Assembly (NCBI RefSeq): GCF_001194135.2
Contig: NC_069000.1
Span: forward strand, 39,844,497-39,897,137
Reading direction: 5' to 3'
Length of the DNA: 52,641 nt
Origin: Octopus bimaculoides
Lineage: Eukaryota
Numbering within the stretch: position 1 is the stretch's first letter; every line of letters starts with the position of its first letter. Of this stretch, positions 1 to 12,348 are shown piece after piece. The translations under genes and the position numbers were made by a program. The notes below the pieces were generated by a model. That model saw only the letters and a list, made by a program, of their open reading frames with translations. It had not been told where the DNA came from and did no database searches.

Positions 1-86
1 TATATATATATATATACACATATATATAGATATATACACACACATATTTATATGTATATATAGACATACACACATATACATATATA

Positions 87-123
<37 letters not shown>
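1..123. repeat. (TA)n/(CA)n/(TG)n compound microsatellite
   Basis: Direct reading; ORF 90..449 starts in it and is spurious. Confidence 0.95.
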
Positions 124-125
<2 letters not shown>

Positions 126-139
126 GACCACTTCACCCC

Positions 140-300
140 ACACCTTTTTTTCCTTTTCTCTCTCTCTTTGCTTATTTCCTTTTCTTCCTTCCTGTTGAAG
201 AGCGTAGGCTCCAAATTTCCCAAGCGTCAAACTAATACACCTGCTTGTTATATATACACCTCTCTTCGTCTTTTGTTTGTCTCTAAATTTCAACTTCATA
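140..300 (+). mobile_element. Short dispersed element carrying a hammerhead-like motif, copy 1 (degenerate, GAAACGTTAAAG part lost)
   Basis: ctgttgaagagcgtaggctc...actaatacac...cttcgtcttttgttt aligns by eye to 17665-17815 and 43765-43925. Confidence 0.7.
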
Positions 301-336
301 TATGTGTGTCTGTGCGTGTGCGTGTGTGTTTGTATC

Positions 337-735
337 TCTGTGGTAAGAAGAAAACTTCCCAGCCACACGGTTCCGGATTCAATCCTACCGTGTGGCCCTT
401 TGGGCAGGTATTTTCTGCTATAGCCTCTGGCCGGCCAAAGCCTTGTTAATGAATTTGCTAGACGGAAACTGGAAGAAGCCCCTGTCGTATATGTGTGCGT
501 GTGTGTGTGTTTGTGTGTGTGCGTATGTGTGTATATGCCTGTGCCTGTACCCCATCATTAGTTGATAACCGATGTTAGTGTGTTTACTTCCCCGTAGGTT
601 TGTGGTTCACCAAAAAGAGATCGATAAAATAAGTATTAGCTTGCAAAGAATAAGTCATTAGGTCAATTTATTCGACTAAAGGCGGTTCTCCAGCAGGGCC
701 GCAATGAAATAACTAAAACAGGTAAATGGATAAAT
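337..735 (+). mobile_element. tRNA-derived SINE family B, near full length, with internal (TG)n
   Basis: Head tgtggtaagaag...ggttccggattcaatcc (A/B boxes), core ccttgggcagg, tail cgactaaaggcggttctccagc...aacaggtaaa; matches 47641-48021. Confidence 0.85.
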
Positions 736-737
736 TA

Positions 738-759
738 GTATATATATATATATACATAC

Positions 760-827
<68 letters not shown>

Positions 828-852
828 ATATACATTTATATATATATACATT

Positions 853-904
<52 letters not shown>

Positions 905-933
905 CATACATACATATATACATATATATATAT
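738..933. repeat. (TA)n/(TG)n microsatellite running into N-gap 934-1725
   Basis: Direct reading. Confidence 0.95.
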
Positions 934-1883
934 NNNNNNNNNNNNNNNNNNNNNNNNNNNNNNNNNNNNNNNNNNNNNNNNNNNNNNNNNNNNNNNNNNN
1001 NNNNNNNNNNNNNNNNNNNNNNNNNNNNNNNNNNNNNNNNNNNNNNNNNNNNNNNNNNNNNNNNNNNNNNNNNNNNNNNNNNNNNNNNNNNNNNNNNNNN
1101 NNNNNNNNNNNNNNNNNNNNNNNNNNNNNNNNNNNNNNNNNNNNNNNNNNNNNNNNNNNNNNNNNNNNNNNNNNNNNNNNNNNNNNNNNNNNNNNNNNNN
1201 NNNNNNNNNNNNNNNNNNNNNNNNNNNNNNNNNNNNNNNNNNNNNNNNNNNNNNNNNNNNNNNNNNNNNNNNNNNNNNNNNNNNNNNNNNNNNNNNNNNN
1301 NNNNNNNNNNNNNNNNNNNNNNNNNNNNNNNNNNNNNNNNNNNNNNNNNNNNNNNNNNNNNNNNNNNNNNNNNNNNNNNNNNNNNNNNNNNNNNNNNNNN
1401 NNNNNNNNNNNNNNNNNNNNNNNNNNNNNNNNNNNNNNNNNNNNNNNNNNNNNNNNNNNNNNNNNNNNNNNNNNNNNNNNNNNNNNNNNNNNNNNNNNNN
1501 NNNNNNNNNNNNNNNNNNNNNNNNNNNNNNNNNNNNNNNNNNNNNNNNNNNNNNNNNNNNNNNNNNNNNNNNNNNNNNNNNNNNNNNNNNNNNNNNNNNN
1601 NNNNNNNNNNNNNNNNNNNNNNNNNNNNNNNNNNNNNNNNNNNNNNNNNNNNNNNNNNNNNNNNNNNNNNNNNNNNNNNNNNNNNNNNNNNNNNNNNNNN
1701 NNNNNNNNNNNNNNNNNNNNNNNNNATGGCAGGAGGAATCTTCTGACAGAATTTAAATTAAAAATTAAGTTTAGAAATCATAAGGGAGAAAAAGTAGTCG
1801 ATCGTTAAATGCATATGACTAAGAATTTCAACATTCCTGTATTTACATAACATCCCATACACCTGTAGATACACAAACGCCCA

Positions 1884-1918
1884 TATATTTATCTATCTAT
1901 CTATCTGTCTGTCTGTCC

Positions 1919-1952
<34 letters not shown>

Positions 1953-1976
1953 GTGTCTATAGATAGATAGATAGAC

Positions 1977-2021
<45 letters not shown>

Positions 2022-2061
2022 TACAGACAGACAGAGAAAGAGAGAGACAGAGAGAGAGAGG

Positions 2062-2105
<44 letters not shown>
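1884..2105. repeat. (TCTA/TCTG)n followed by (AGAT/AGAC)n tetranucleotide arrays
   Basis: Direct reading. Confidence 0.95.
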
Positions 2106-2106
<1 letters not shown>

Positions 2107-2474
2107 TTCAATATGAATGAGAAGCAGCGCGAGTGTTGTAAATATTATCGGACACGCATACACAATGTATGTGATTTGCTTGTTCGCGCTCTGCTAAGAT
2201 TGATATAGAGGAGATCGCTCCTTCAAAACGCTGAGTTTTTAAAAGCCTGAACGCCAAAGTCATAAACAAGCGAGACAACTTACCGCAAGCCCTATTCAGG
2301 AGCGATGGACATTGATGCTCGGTCATTTTGTGTGGCTTATCAACTCCACGTACCTGAACCGAACCAGAGGCAAAATTGAATAGTTTATCCATGACTATAG
2401 GTAAAATGGTGAAAAAGTCATCTGCTGATATGCTCGAAGGATGCTTACGTAGGAATAGATTCAAATATGAATTA

Positions 2475-2509
<35 letters not shown>

Positions 2510-3457
2510 NNNNNNNNNNNNNNNNNNNNNNNNNNNNNNNNNNNNNNNNNNNNNNNNNNNNNNNNNNNNNNNNNNNNNNNNNNNNNNNNNNNNNNNNNNN
2601 NNNNNNNNNNNNNNNNNNNNNNNNNNNNNNNNNNNNNNNNNNNNNNNNNNNNNNNNNNNNNNNNNNNNNNNNNNNNNNNNNNNNNNNNNNNNNNNNNNNN
2701 NNNNNNNNNNNNNNNNNNNNNNNNNNNNNNNNNNNNNNNNNNNNNNNNNNNNNNNNNNNNNNNNNNNNNNNNNNNNNNNNNNNNNNNNNNNNNNNNNNNN
2801 NNNNNNNNNNNNNNNNNNNNNNNNNNNNNNNNNNNNNNNNNNNNNNNNNNNNNNNNNNNNNNNNNNNNNNNNNNNNNNNNNNNNNNNNNNNNNNNNNNNN
2901 NNNNNNNNNNNNNNNNNNNNNNNNNNNNNNNNNNNNNNNNNNNNNNNNNNNNNNNNNNNNNNNNNNNNNNNNNNNNNNNNNNNNNNNNNNNNNNNNNNNN
3001 NNNNNNNNNNNNNNNNNNNNNNNNNNNNNNNNNNNNNNNNNNNNNNNNNNNNNNNNNNNNNNNNNNNNNNNNNNNNNNNNNNNNNNNNNNNNNNNNNNNN
3101 NNNNNNNNNNNNNNNNNNNNNNNNNNNNNNNNNNNNACACACATACACACACACTTTGGGTAAAAGAGGATCAGTTAATTATGATTATATTCAGCATATC
3201 CCCCACCTCAGATTTACACACTTATCGCAGTGGCCCTTCAGTTTTTCTAAGCCCTGTAAAAGAACTCTGAAGGTTGGGGCTCCAATATGCCTTTCACGAT
3301 ACCCTTAAGGCCAGGAACGTTTTACACCGTATCGCATATATCATTTTTAAGTTTTGTCTACAGATTTTCTATAGAATGTAGAGCCAACACAGAAAGTGAC
3401 GATGTTTTATATGCGAATACGTCTATGTAAACAATTTACTCGAAGATAGAATGTTTC

Positions 3458-3553
3458 AGCACTTTGGTCAGCCCTGGGCCGTATAAAATGACACTTGCCC
3501 TAGTTGCCACGGTGTGTGAGTGATATTGGAACCATTAGTTGGGAAGCAAGGTC
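3458..3553 (-). mobile_element. SINE family B 5' fragment, degenerate
   Basis: Reverse complement reads cttgcttcccaac...ggttcc...ctagggcaagtgtc...ggctgaccaaagtgc. Confidence 0.6.
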
Positions 3554-3849
3554 AATTTCGCCTAACATATACCTCTCCAAAATCGGAAGTTTCTTATGAA
3601 ATTTTGCACATCCGTCTTAATCCAACAGCATCTTCCCAACAAATTACATTTTCCAACGCTTAGAACTCATTAAGCATAATAAAGATTCTTGAAGAAGTCG
3701 TAGTTGTGATTTGGTGCAGTTCATAATCTTGAAAAACAAAAGATTTCTTTTCAAACAAGAATATCTAATTTAACATTACGTTAACAAAAGAAAATAATGG
3801 ATTAAATATTTTGATTAAATAAATCTGTTTAATCCTATTCATGATGTGT

Positions 3850-3885
3850 TTATGCTTTATGCTTTATGCTTTATGCTTTATGCTT

Positions 3886-3929
<44 letters not shown>

Positions 3930-3948
3930 TGTGTGTGTATTGAACGCA

Positions 3949-4019
<71 letters not shown>

Positions 4020-4041
4020 CAACAACAACAACAACAACAAC

Positions 4042-4072
<31 letters not shown>
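3850..4072. repeat. (TTATGCT)n, (TG)n, then (AAT)n(AAC)n(AAT)n
   Basis: Direct reading. Confidence 0.95.
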
Positions 4073-4350
4073 TTGCACCAATGGACACAGAGAAATTAAG
4101 GTTAGTAGTAGTAGACCGGATATAGTCGTCAGAGATGACCAAGAAAAAATGCTTTCTAATCGATGTATCAATACAAACGGATGATAATATTTTTCTCAAA
4201 GAAGCGGAGAAACTTTCAAAATGCGAAGATCTGGAAATAGAGGTAACTCGAATGTGGAGCCCAAAGACAGAAACAATTCCTATTATAGTAGGATAAAAAC
4301 ATTCAGACAAATATGTAACAAAGACACCAGGAGTAACAAGTATATATAAC
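4073..4350 (+). mobile_element. 5'-truncated non-LTR retrotransposon fragment, restriction-like endonuclease domain (R4/Dong/NeSL type)
   Basis: Broken translation RPDIVVRDDQEK-CFLIDVSIQTDDNIFLKEAEKLSKCEDLEIEVTRMWSPKTETIPIIVG contains the PD-(D/E)xK-type RLE signature; abuts an (AAT)n array. Confidence 0.8.
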
Positions 4351-4699
4351 AGACAGATCGAGCGAGCTTTTGCCCTTTTGCTCGACGTGTGGTTTCCGTC
4401 CACACTGAGCTCGCCTTGTCCAAAGAAAAGAAGGAATTAAGCAATTATAATGCAGACAAACTATTTTGCCAACGAACTTAATCTTCTGGAAGATGCAAAA
4501 AACTTTCCAGATGAAATTATTCTGAAATTCAGAAGAAATATAACAAGGATGAGCAACTACATTAGGAATTTCTTTAGACAAAGTAACATTATTTGAAATA
4601 CAGTGTGTCATAGATCGTCAACCTAACACATGACAACTAAGACGTCAACCCAAAACATGACAATTAAGACCAAAGATAATAAATGCAATAAGATTTGTG

Positions 4700-6990
4700 T
4701 TTTAGGCCAAGCTAACAAGGCAATAAGGATCGTTTTCTCGATCGAGCTCAGATATGCGCAAAATCAGATAAAAGGTTATTATCAATCAGAACATTAGCCG
4801 ATAATCAAGTGAACATATTTAGTGGCGGTTGGGGGAGATCTGAAGTTTGCAGCTACTTCCTACAATTCTAACTTCCATTAGACGAAAAAATTACGTAACA
4901 AAATACTGTGGAAATCCTATGCTAGCTGAGCCTATTTTTAGAAAAGGTGGTGATAATGATAATGAGTCACTAGCTATAATTAAAAGTTATTTTTGTCCAA
5001 AGAAAAGAAGGAATTAAGCAATTGGCTCTAACTGTGAACACATTATGAATTTTCTCATTGAAATGACTGAAAATAGGAACATAAAATCGAATTTCTTTAA
5101 ACAAGAATAGAAACATCTAAATGATCTCGAAAGGAAAAACATTAAAATGAAAATTAGGGAAGCCAGTAAAGGTAGTGCAGCTGTTATCATGGATACAGAT
5201 TGTTATAAAGAAGTTACGCTTAAAATATTAAGAAATAATAATTTCTAGCAAAAAACAAACGACCCTAAACAACTAAAAATAGTGAAAATCTAATGAGATT
5301 ATTGAATATGAACTGCAAATGTTTGGCCACCAAAGAATTTGATTATATAATCAACTCAAGATGCTAAATTAACAATTTCTGTGGCCTACCCTAAACGCAC
5401 AAAATAAAGTTGACGCCTATAAAAGCTCAAAAACAAACTGTATTGAAATACTATCAGTTGGGGATTTGGAATTAAATCCTGCATTCAAAATATACATGCT
5501 AAGTAATTTTTTGGACAACTTATTGAGATTCTATTAGAAACATACAAAAAATTATAGACGATCTACATGTACTTAAACACTTCCTAAAGATAGTAAACTA
5601 CAATGAAATTATTGTTTCCCTTGATTTTTATTATTATCCGTCATGAATATGGAAGCAATGTGATTAAGTATTGGCTTAATACATATCAATTTGAGTCATC
5701 AGAACACACTTAAAACCTTTATTGTTGCTTGTCCTAGAATCGTGTAACGTCAACATTTCTTCATATTTGATGACACAACGAACCGACAACTATCAGAGGT
5801 TGACAGGGGAACTAAAGTAGTCCACACATACGCCAACTTAGTGATTATTACCATGAGAAGAAATTCATGATGTATATTTACAAATATTTCGAAATGCATT
5901 TTACATCATACTTTAAAAAAATTTAATAAGATATCTGGTTGCCTGTTTCATTTTGTGGCTGGATGTTTGTAATAAATCTAATGTTAAATCCACAATGGAA
6001 TTCAACAAGAAGGAAGTACCGTTTTAGGTGTTTTAATTATGTAAACAGATAAGAAGATACAAACATATATTTGCCATAAACTCCCAAATTTAAAGCTCTA
6101 TATTTTTCCCCATTTTGCCTTCCTAAACACACATGAAAGAACATGCCACCCTAGCAAAAAGAATTTCCATAGTATCAAAACCTACAGAATGAGATCACAA
6201 ATTGTAAGAACATTCTTACTCAAAGAGCAATTCTTGGAGATATTCAGCACGTAGGCAAAGTTAAACGTAAAACTGACAGCAAGGTTTTACCTTGTGTTAA
6301 CGTTTAAAGCAAGAAACGCCGAAATATTTGGCTATATTTTGCTATATTTGGCTTTAAATTTTGCCCATGTTATATGAAGTACGTTTTAGAAAATGAATAA
6401 GATATCAAAAGCAACCTAATATATGCTTAGTATTGAAAAGTTCATAAACAAGTTTCCAACTCCACTGTTACAAGCTACGTAAGACGAAAATGTGCTACAG
6501 CTTTTTGTTTCAATGAAGGCTCAGCGCTCAAGTTTAAAGACGGACAACGCTTTAAAGTAAATCAGGGGGGCTTTATTTGAAGCTCGAAGAACCTAGGTTG
6601 TGTGGCAGTATGCGGAAGCTTGGAAACCAACATAGGACAGACAACATTGTCAGCACGCAAAAGAATGGCGATAAACGAACAGTAAATCAATTACAAGAGT
6701 ACAAGAAATTTCCATTACTGGACATATGGTAATATATGTCAAAGTGAATCTACTTGATTTACAAAATTTCCAATTTATAACTGCTACAGAGCATCAGCGA
6801 AATAGCAAAGCCTTTTTATCAACACAGTAATAAAAGCCGCTCTTTAACAGTTAATAATTAATCACTGTGAATAAAGTGATATGATAAAATAGACACTATT
6901 ATACAGAAAGAAACATTATAACGGGGTTTTGTAAGATTTAAAAAGCAAACTACTTTTTCTTCTTCAATATCTCAGACTGAAAAACAATTA
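4700..6990 (+). mobile_element. Decayed Penelope-like retroelement (RT + Zn-linker + GIY-YIG), probably Neptune-like
   Basis: Ordered degenerate motifs: LKFAAT..RKLR (~4840-4900), EASKGSAAVIMD (5159; cf. ADKG), FCGLP*THK (5377; cf. FYGLPKIHK), GTKVVHTYANLV (~5808), RYLVACFILW (~5929; cf. YxDD), RRKCAT (~6485), SSKNL..NIGQT (~6580-6645). Many stops and frameshifts. Confidence 0.85.
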
Positions 6991-7109
6991 GAAAATACGC
7001 GAACTAAATGTTAAAATATTTGTTTTGCTTATTTAATACAGCTTAAAGGGATATAAATTACTTTACGTAAGCTATGCAATTTTATCTTTATTTTCTGAGT
7101 GTAAGTGTG

Positions 7110-7270
7110 TTGGGCGTTGAGTATGTGTGTGTGTTTGTGTGTATGCGCGTATGTGTGTTTATGTATATATATGTGTGTGTGTGTGTGCGTGTGTGTGTGT
7201 GCATGTATATATGTGTGTATGTGCATATGTATGTATATACATATGTGTATGCATGTATGTGTGTATATCC
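7110..7270. repeat. (TG)/(TATG) low-complexity array
   Basis: Direct reading. Confidence 0.9.
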
Positions 7271-7789
7271 CAAGGTTTAAATAAGATACTAAGGGCGGGG
7301 CTTATATGAACTGTTTACTGAGTAAAGAAGTTAAATATGGTTACAATTCAAAAATAAAGCTATAATTTGATGGCAGAAAAAATGCTATTTTAGATAGCAT
7401 TTTAAGAGATAAAATGGGAAGTTTATAATTATGAGAAAATTAGGTATTTATACGATAGAAAATTATTGGATATTCACCAAACAGAAATAAAAGAAATGAT
7501 ATAGATAGAACAAAATTTTGAAATGATTTAAAATTAGCTTAGTAGTAAGTGGTTGTGCAAATATTTAAACTTTTTCGATTAAATAAAATTAGATATTTTA
7601 TTGGTAGCAAAAATGTACAAAGACCACTGACTACAACTGAACCCTTCATGTGTCGTATTCTTAAAGATGCAGTGGTCACTCGTAAACAAGAGTGGGGTAA
7701 CATTTACCATACTTTGCTAATTGTTTTAGGTTTCTATGTAGTCGAGAGCAGACACCCCATCGGCCGACCAAAAGGAACATCGAGGATGC

Positions 7790-8149
7790 GAGGAAAGACT
7801 ACACGAGCACCCGACTGGTACATATTCTTTTCTACTCTAGGCACAAGGCGCGAAATTTGGGGCAGGGCTAGTCGATTAGATCGACCCGAGGAGGCAACTG
7901 GTACTTAATTTATCGACCCCAAAAGTATGAAAGGCAAAGTCGACCTCAGCGGAATTTGAACTCAGAACGTAAAGACAGACGAAGTAGAGTTAAGCATGTC
8001 GACCGGCGTGCTAACGTTTCTGCCAGCTCGCCGCCTTCCGACTGGTACATATTAGATTTGAATAGACTTCAGCAACATGAAATGGTGTGCGTTGCGCAAG
8101 GATATGACGCACTGCCCGGACCACGAATATCCTAACCTCTAGGTCACAC
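7790..8149 (-). mobile_element. SINE family C (tRNA head + V/CORE-like domain), interrupted by a family A copy
   Basis: cagcaacatgaaatggtgtgcgttgcgcaagga...cctaacctctaggtcacac matches 16790-16906 and 27455-27488. Confidence 0.6.
7827..8037 (-). mobile_element. SINE family A, full length, tail type 1, with 16-bp TSD
   Basis: Reverse complement ggcggcgagctggcagaaacg...gagttcaaattccgc (A/B boxes); ccgactggtacatatt at 7811-7826 and 8038-8053. Confidence 0.92.
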
Positions 8150-8309
8150 ATATTCACAATCTTTGCTTTCATAAGAAGCCTTGCTTTCATAAAAAATCTT
8201 TGCTATTATATGAAAAATTAAAAATCTAGGCCATAGAAAAATTCATGGAACGTAAATGTGAGAAAACAAATTAAATTAAGAGGAAAAAATCAAAGGAAAA
8301 AATCAAATT

Positions 8310-8505
8310 TTGGCACAAGGTTTCGCAGTTTTAAGGGAAGGGTAAATCGACTACATCGACCCCAATAACTGCCTGGCATTTTATTCACTGATGTGTTTTT
8401 ATAAACCTAGGATGGGGAAAGTGGATCGGCAACCCTAGCCGAAGTTGAACTCAAAAGATGCAGTGACGGAACTAAGTACGATAAACCATTTTGTCTAGAG
8501 CTCTA
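8310..8505 (-). mobile_element. SINE family A, highly degenerate
   Basis: ggcacaagg...atcgactacatcgacccc...gttgaactcaaaa. Confidence 0.6.
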
Positions 8506-9274
8506 TTGATGTGTTTACTAAGTTCTGTATGACTTCTTTTCTTGACTTTTCATTCAATTCTTAGAGAAACATTTCCCAATCCAAATCAGCTCCAAATTAT
8601 ATCCAATCATTTCTTTTCCTTCATTTACTCCAGCATTGAACATTTCTGAATATATAATTTAAAGCTGAAACTTATTCTTACTAAATCCCCCGAATTCGTA
8701 CTTACACTCTATATTTTTAAATCCGCTTTCATCCGTTAAATTATATTAATCCCCAGCGTTACAGTACGTATATTTGATATTATAATTTAATCTATTTCCT
8801 TACAATCAAATTATGTTTTACTTTCGAATCATATTTCTCTTACTATTCTTCCTTTTCTTCCCTCGTTATTGTTTCATCAAATTATAATAATTTTAATATT
8901 TTTCATATTTAAAATTTTTAGTAATCCTAATAAGTTTAACATTTTTCTAAAAGTGTAGTGGTTCTTGCAGACATTTCCTGCCCATGCAAGCAAATTTAGC
9001 CACCTCCCACTCATTTGTCCACGAGAAAAAAGTTCTTAATTCTTTATTAAATTTGCTGGCTTACATCTTAAATTTTAAGGTTTCATCTTCGATTGTATGG
9101 CTTCCATGTTCTTCTCTCTTCTTCTTCTTCAGTTTAAGAATATTAGAAACATACAGATATATATATATATATATACATTCACACGCGCAGACACGCAGAC
9201 AAACACTCACACACACAGACGCACGCACTCACACGCATATATGTAATAACAATTTAGCTTCTTCACTCACGGGT

Positions 9275-9275
9275 G

Positions 9276-9367
<92 letters not shown>

Positions 9368-9370
9368 TAG
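9275..9370. repeat. (AGAT)n(AGAC)n
   Basis: Direct reading. Confidence 0.95.
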
Positions 9371-10664
9371 ATTCTGCCTGTTCCAATTATTCTCCTCTAC
9401 TTGAAAAACATTTATTTCTAGTATACCGTCCATCCTTTCCTACATATAACTCATTATAATTATGTTCCATATTAAAATTTCTATAATTCGTAAACCTTTA
9501 TCCATCGATTCATTTGTTATATCTAATATTGATTGAATATGTAATATTACTTTTTTTCTTATATTTAAGAACTTTTCAGCGTTTATTTTTTTACAATTTT
9601 AGAAGGTATGATTGTTTTTACGTATATTTAAAACTGGTTAACATTTTGAAACCTGTTTAAACTTGTATAAATACTAGATATGAAGTTGTTTTATTGATTT
9701 TGTTCTTTTGTTCTCAACATTTTTATTATTTCTACCTCAATTTTATCTTTTATCGGAGCACAACTTTTGGGGCTGCTGTATAAGCCTGTATAAGGTAGGG
9801 TCCCGAGTTGCGCAAAATCACATTGTAACTACCCCACTTATTTGAAGAATGCAAATGAGTTTACTTTGTACTTTCTTACAGAAACTGTATTTCTAGTCTT
9901 TTGTTGAACTGTGTTGTTACGTAGCCCAATGCCGCTTACGATGATAGATATAAATAAAAATCTAGACTGCATACAAATTTCTCATTGTAAGTATATAAGT
10001 ATAATAGTATTATCTACATGTATGTGATAATAGTTTACTCTTACAAGCATGTATATGTGTGTATAATGAATTGCTGCATATTAGAGTGACAGGCAGTGAA
10101 AACAGACAGCCGAATAGATACATGATCACGAGCCTAAATACTGATCAGTACACGCAAATATACAAATATATGTACATACTGATCAAGATGATATAATATC
10201 GAAAAGCTACTTATATATGAAAGGCTGTTGATAATTGAATTGATTGTTATTAGTTTAGGATTTCATATATGTTAACTTCCATAATCATATATTGTAAATT
10301 TAACAGAGAAAATCTTATTTAGATGTCATCGATTTAAATAGCATTCTTTACAATTTACTAATCTGGCTGTTTTCAACATCGAAGCAAAATACTTATCAAC
10401 AACGAATTCTTATGTATATAAAATTTATTACGTAAAGTCATTAATCATATTTCTGATATAAAGTGAAGAATACATGAATAAATTTTCAGAATGTGAACTA
10501 ATGAGATTTCTCCATTTTGATATATGTTACAAACCGCGACATCGTTTGAAGGATATCAAATAATTTTAATGAACTAATCAGAGTGTTCTTTGAACACATC
10601 ACTGCGTCGTTCGCCCGCACATATGTGTGTATATGTATTCATGTATGTATGTATGCCTTGTATG

Positions 10665-10702
<38 letters not shown>

Positions 10703-10764
10703 AACGTAGTTTATATGTATGTTTGTACGCATGTATGTGTGTATATATGTAAGTGTATGTATGT

Positions 10765-10866
10765 ATGTTATTATTTAGTTTATTTCTACATTTCTTGCCA
10801 ATAGAGAAAGAGCCAGTTTCGAATGTAGATTCAAGACTCTTTCATATGAATTTCAGCAAAATCAAC
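10765..10866 (-). mobile_element. 3' UTR fragment of the same LINE family as 30377-30745
   Basis: tagattcaagactctttcat is the reverse complement of atgaaagagccttgaatcta at ~30724-30744; the minus strand ends in aaataaactaaataataac. Confidence 0.55.
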
Positions 10867-10885
10867 AAATGGATGTGTATGTATG

Positions 10886-11490
10886 TGTGTACCACACGAT
10901 TTTAACGAAAATCAGAAAATGCGCAGATAGGAAATTTGCACATTGTTTCTTCTCCGTAACCAGACCGATCCATTATTTGTACAATAATAAAAAATGTTTT
11001 TCGCAGTGGTTCGACTAAAATGAAGCACCAAAAACCTTTCCTAAACTCGACCTCTTCAAAAAGAAGGTTACAGTGACTGTTTGGTGTTGTATTGGTGAAC
11101 TTATCCACTATAACTTCTTAAAACCCGGACAAACCAATACTGCAGAAACATATTGCCATGAAATTGCCAAAATGAAAAACTGCTATTCCTCCGTCCCACA
11201 CCGGTCAACAAAAGAGGGCTGGTCATTCTTCATGATAATGCTCGACCACACGTTTCACTAATGATGCTTCAGAAGTTGAGGGAACTTGGCTACGAAGTTC
11301 TTCCCCACTCAGCTTATTCCCTACACCTTTCTCCTACCGACTACCACTTCTTCAAGCACTTTGTTGGTTTCCTGGGAGAGAAGGAGTTCAAAAATCAAAC
11401 CGATGCTGAAAGTCCGTTCAAAGATTTCATCAGCTCCAAAACTCCCAGACCTTTATGTTACCGGAATAAACAAACTTGTAACCCGACATT
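10886..11490 (+). mobile_element. mariner transposase pseudogene fragment (DD34D catalytic region)
   Basis: VPHDFNENQK, KKVTVTVW, ILHDNARPH, YEVLPHSAYSLHLSPTDYHFFKH (cf. WVPHEL and YSPDLAPxDY motifs); frameshifted; cut by a SINE at 11492. Confidence 0.9.
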
Positions 11491-11491
11491 A

Positions 11492-11605
11492 CCTTTCATC
11501 CTTTCTTGATCGATAAAACGACTAGCATTTGTACACTGGCATCGAATTAATCAATCAAACCTCTCCCTGAAAATTCTGGCCTTGTGTCAAAATTTGAAAC
11601 CGCTA
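11492..11605 (+). mobile_element. SINE family A 3' half, tail type 1
   Basis: cctttcatcctttc..tcgataaa...ggccttgtgtc followed by (GTT)n. Confidence 0.7.
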
Positions 11606-12348
11606 TTGTTGTAGTTGTTGTTGTTGTTGTGAATGCAAGTTCTCAACAGGTTAGAACTATGTGTTGTGGAAACATCAGTTGTCTACCAAATCAAGATACA
11701 GCGGCTAGACAGAGGCTGTGGGGGTTTCTTTTTTTTCTTTCGATTTCTTTTTGTTGTTTTTTTCTTTCTTCTGAATGCAGCTTCTCTCTAAGAACAGACA
11801 ACTCTAATTGACTACTTTGGGACATGATGGTGTTTACTAACGCTTGCCCTTATCAGCATCGTTCATTTTACATATCTGGTCGCTGACACAGATGTTACTG
11901 TTTCGCTATATAATAACGTGTCAGTTGTCTGTCAGTTTTTGACCAAGTGTTGTAGACTTAATAATGGAGACGTATTAGCTATTCCTTTCTTTTTTTGTTC
12001 TGACTGGAAAAGAAAGAGAAGAGAAAAGAAAGGGAAAAAATACACAATGCAGTGATGAAACAAATAAAACTATTAGACGGCTGTTAGAGAATGTCTGGAG
12101 AGGCCAGACTCGCACTTCTACGCTCTCGCTCTTTCATTTCTTTTGTCTTTCTTTGATATGAGACAGCTTCTAATGAATATTGAGTTTCAGTTCCTCTTCA
12201 TTGTGTAACTTCACTGGAGGTGAAGTTGAAGCAAAGGTCACCGTTGAAGAGACGTCGTTTTCTTTCTCTTTTATTATTCGAATCGATTCCATACTTAGAG
12301 CTAAATTAGCTTTATAAATAATTGTTATTATTATATATTTCTGATTCC

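Noticed and set aside
7330-7620. Strand-asymmetric A-rich blocks (also ~15290-15650, 17000-17530, 29050-29600)
   Set aside because: May be very old LINE debris, but I could not recover any motif to support a call.
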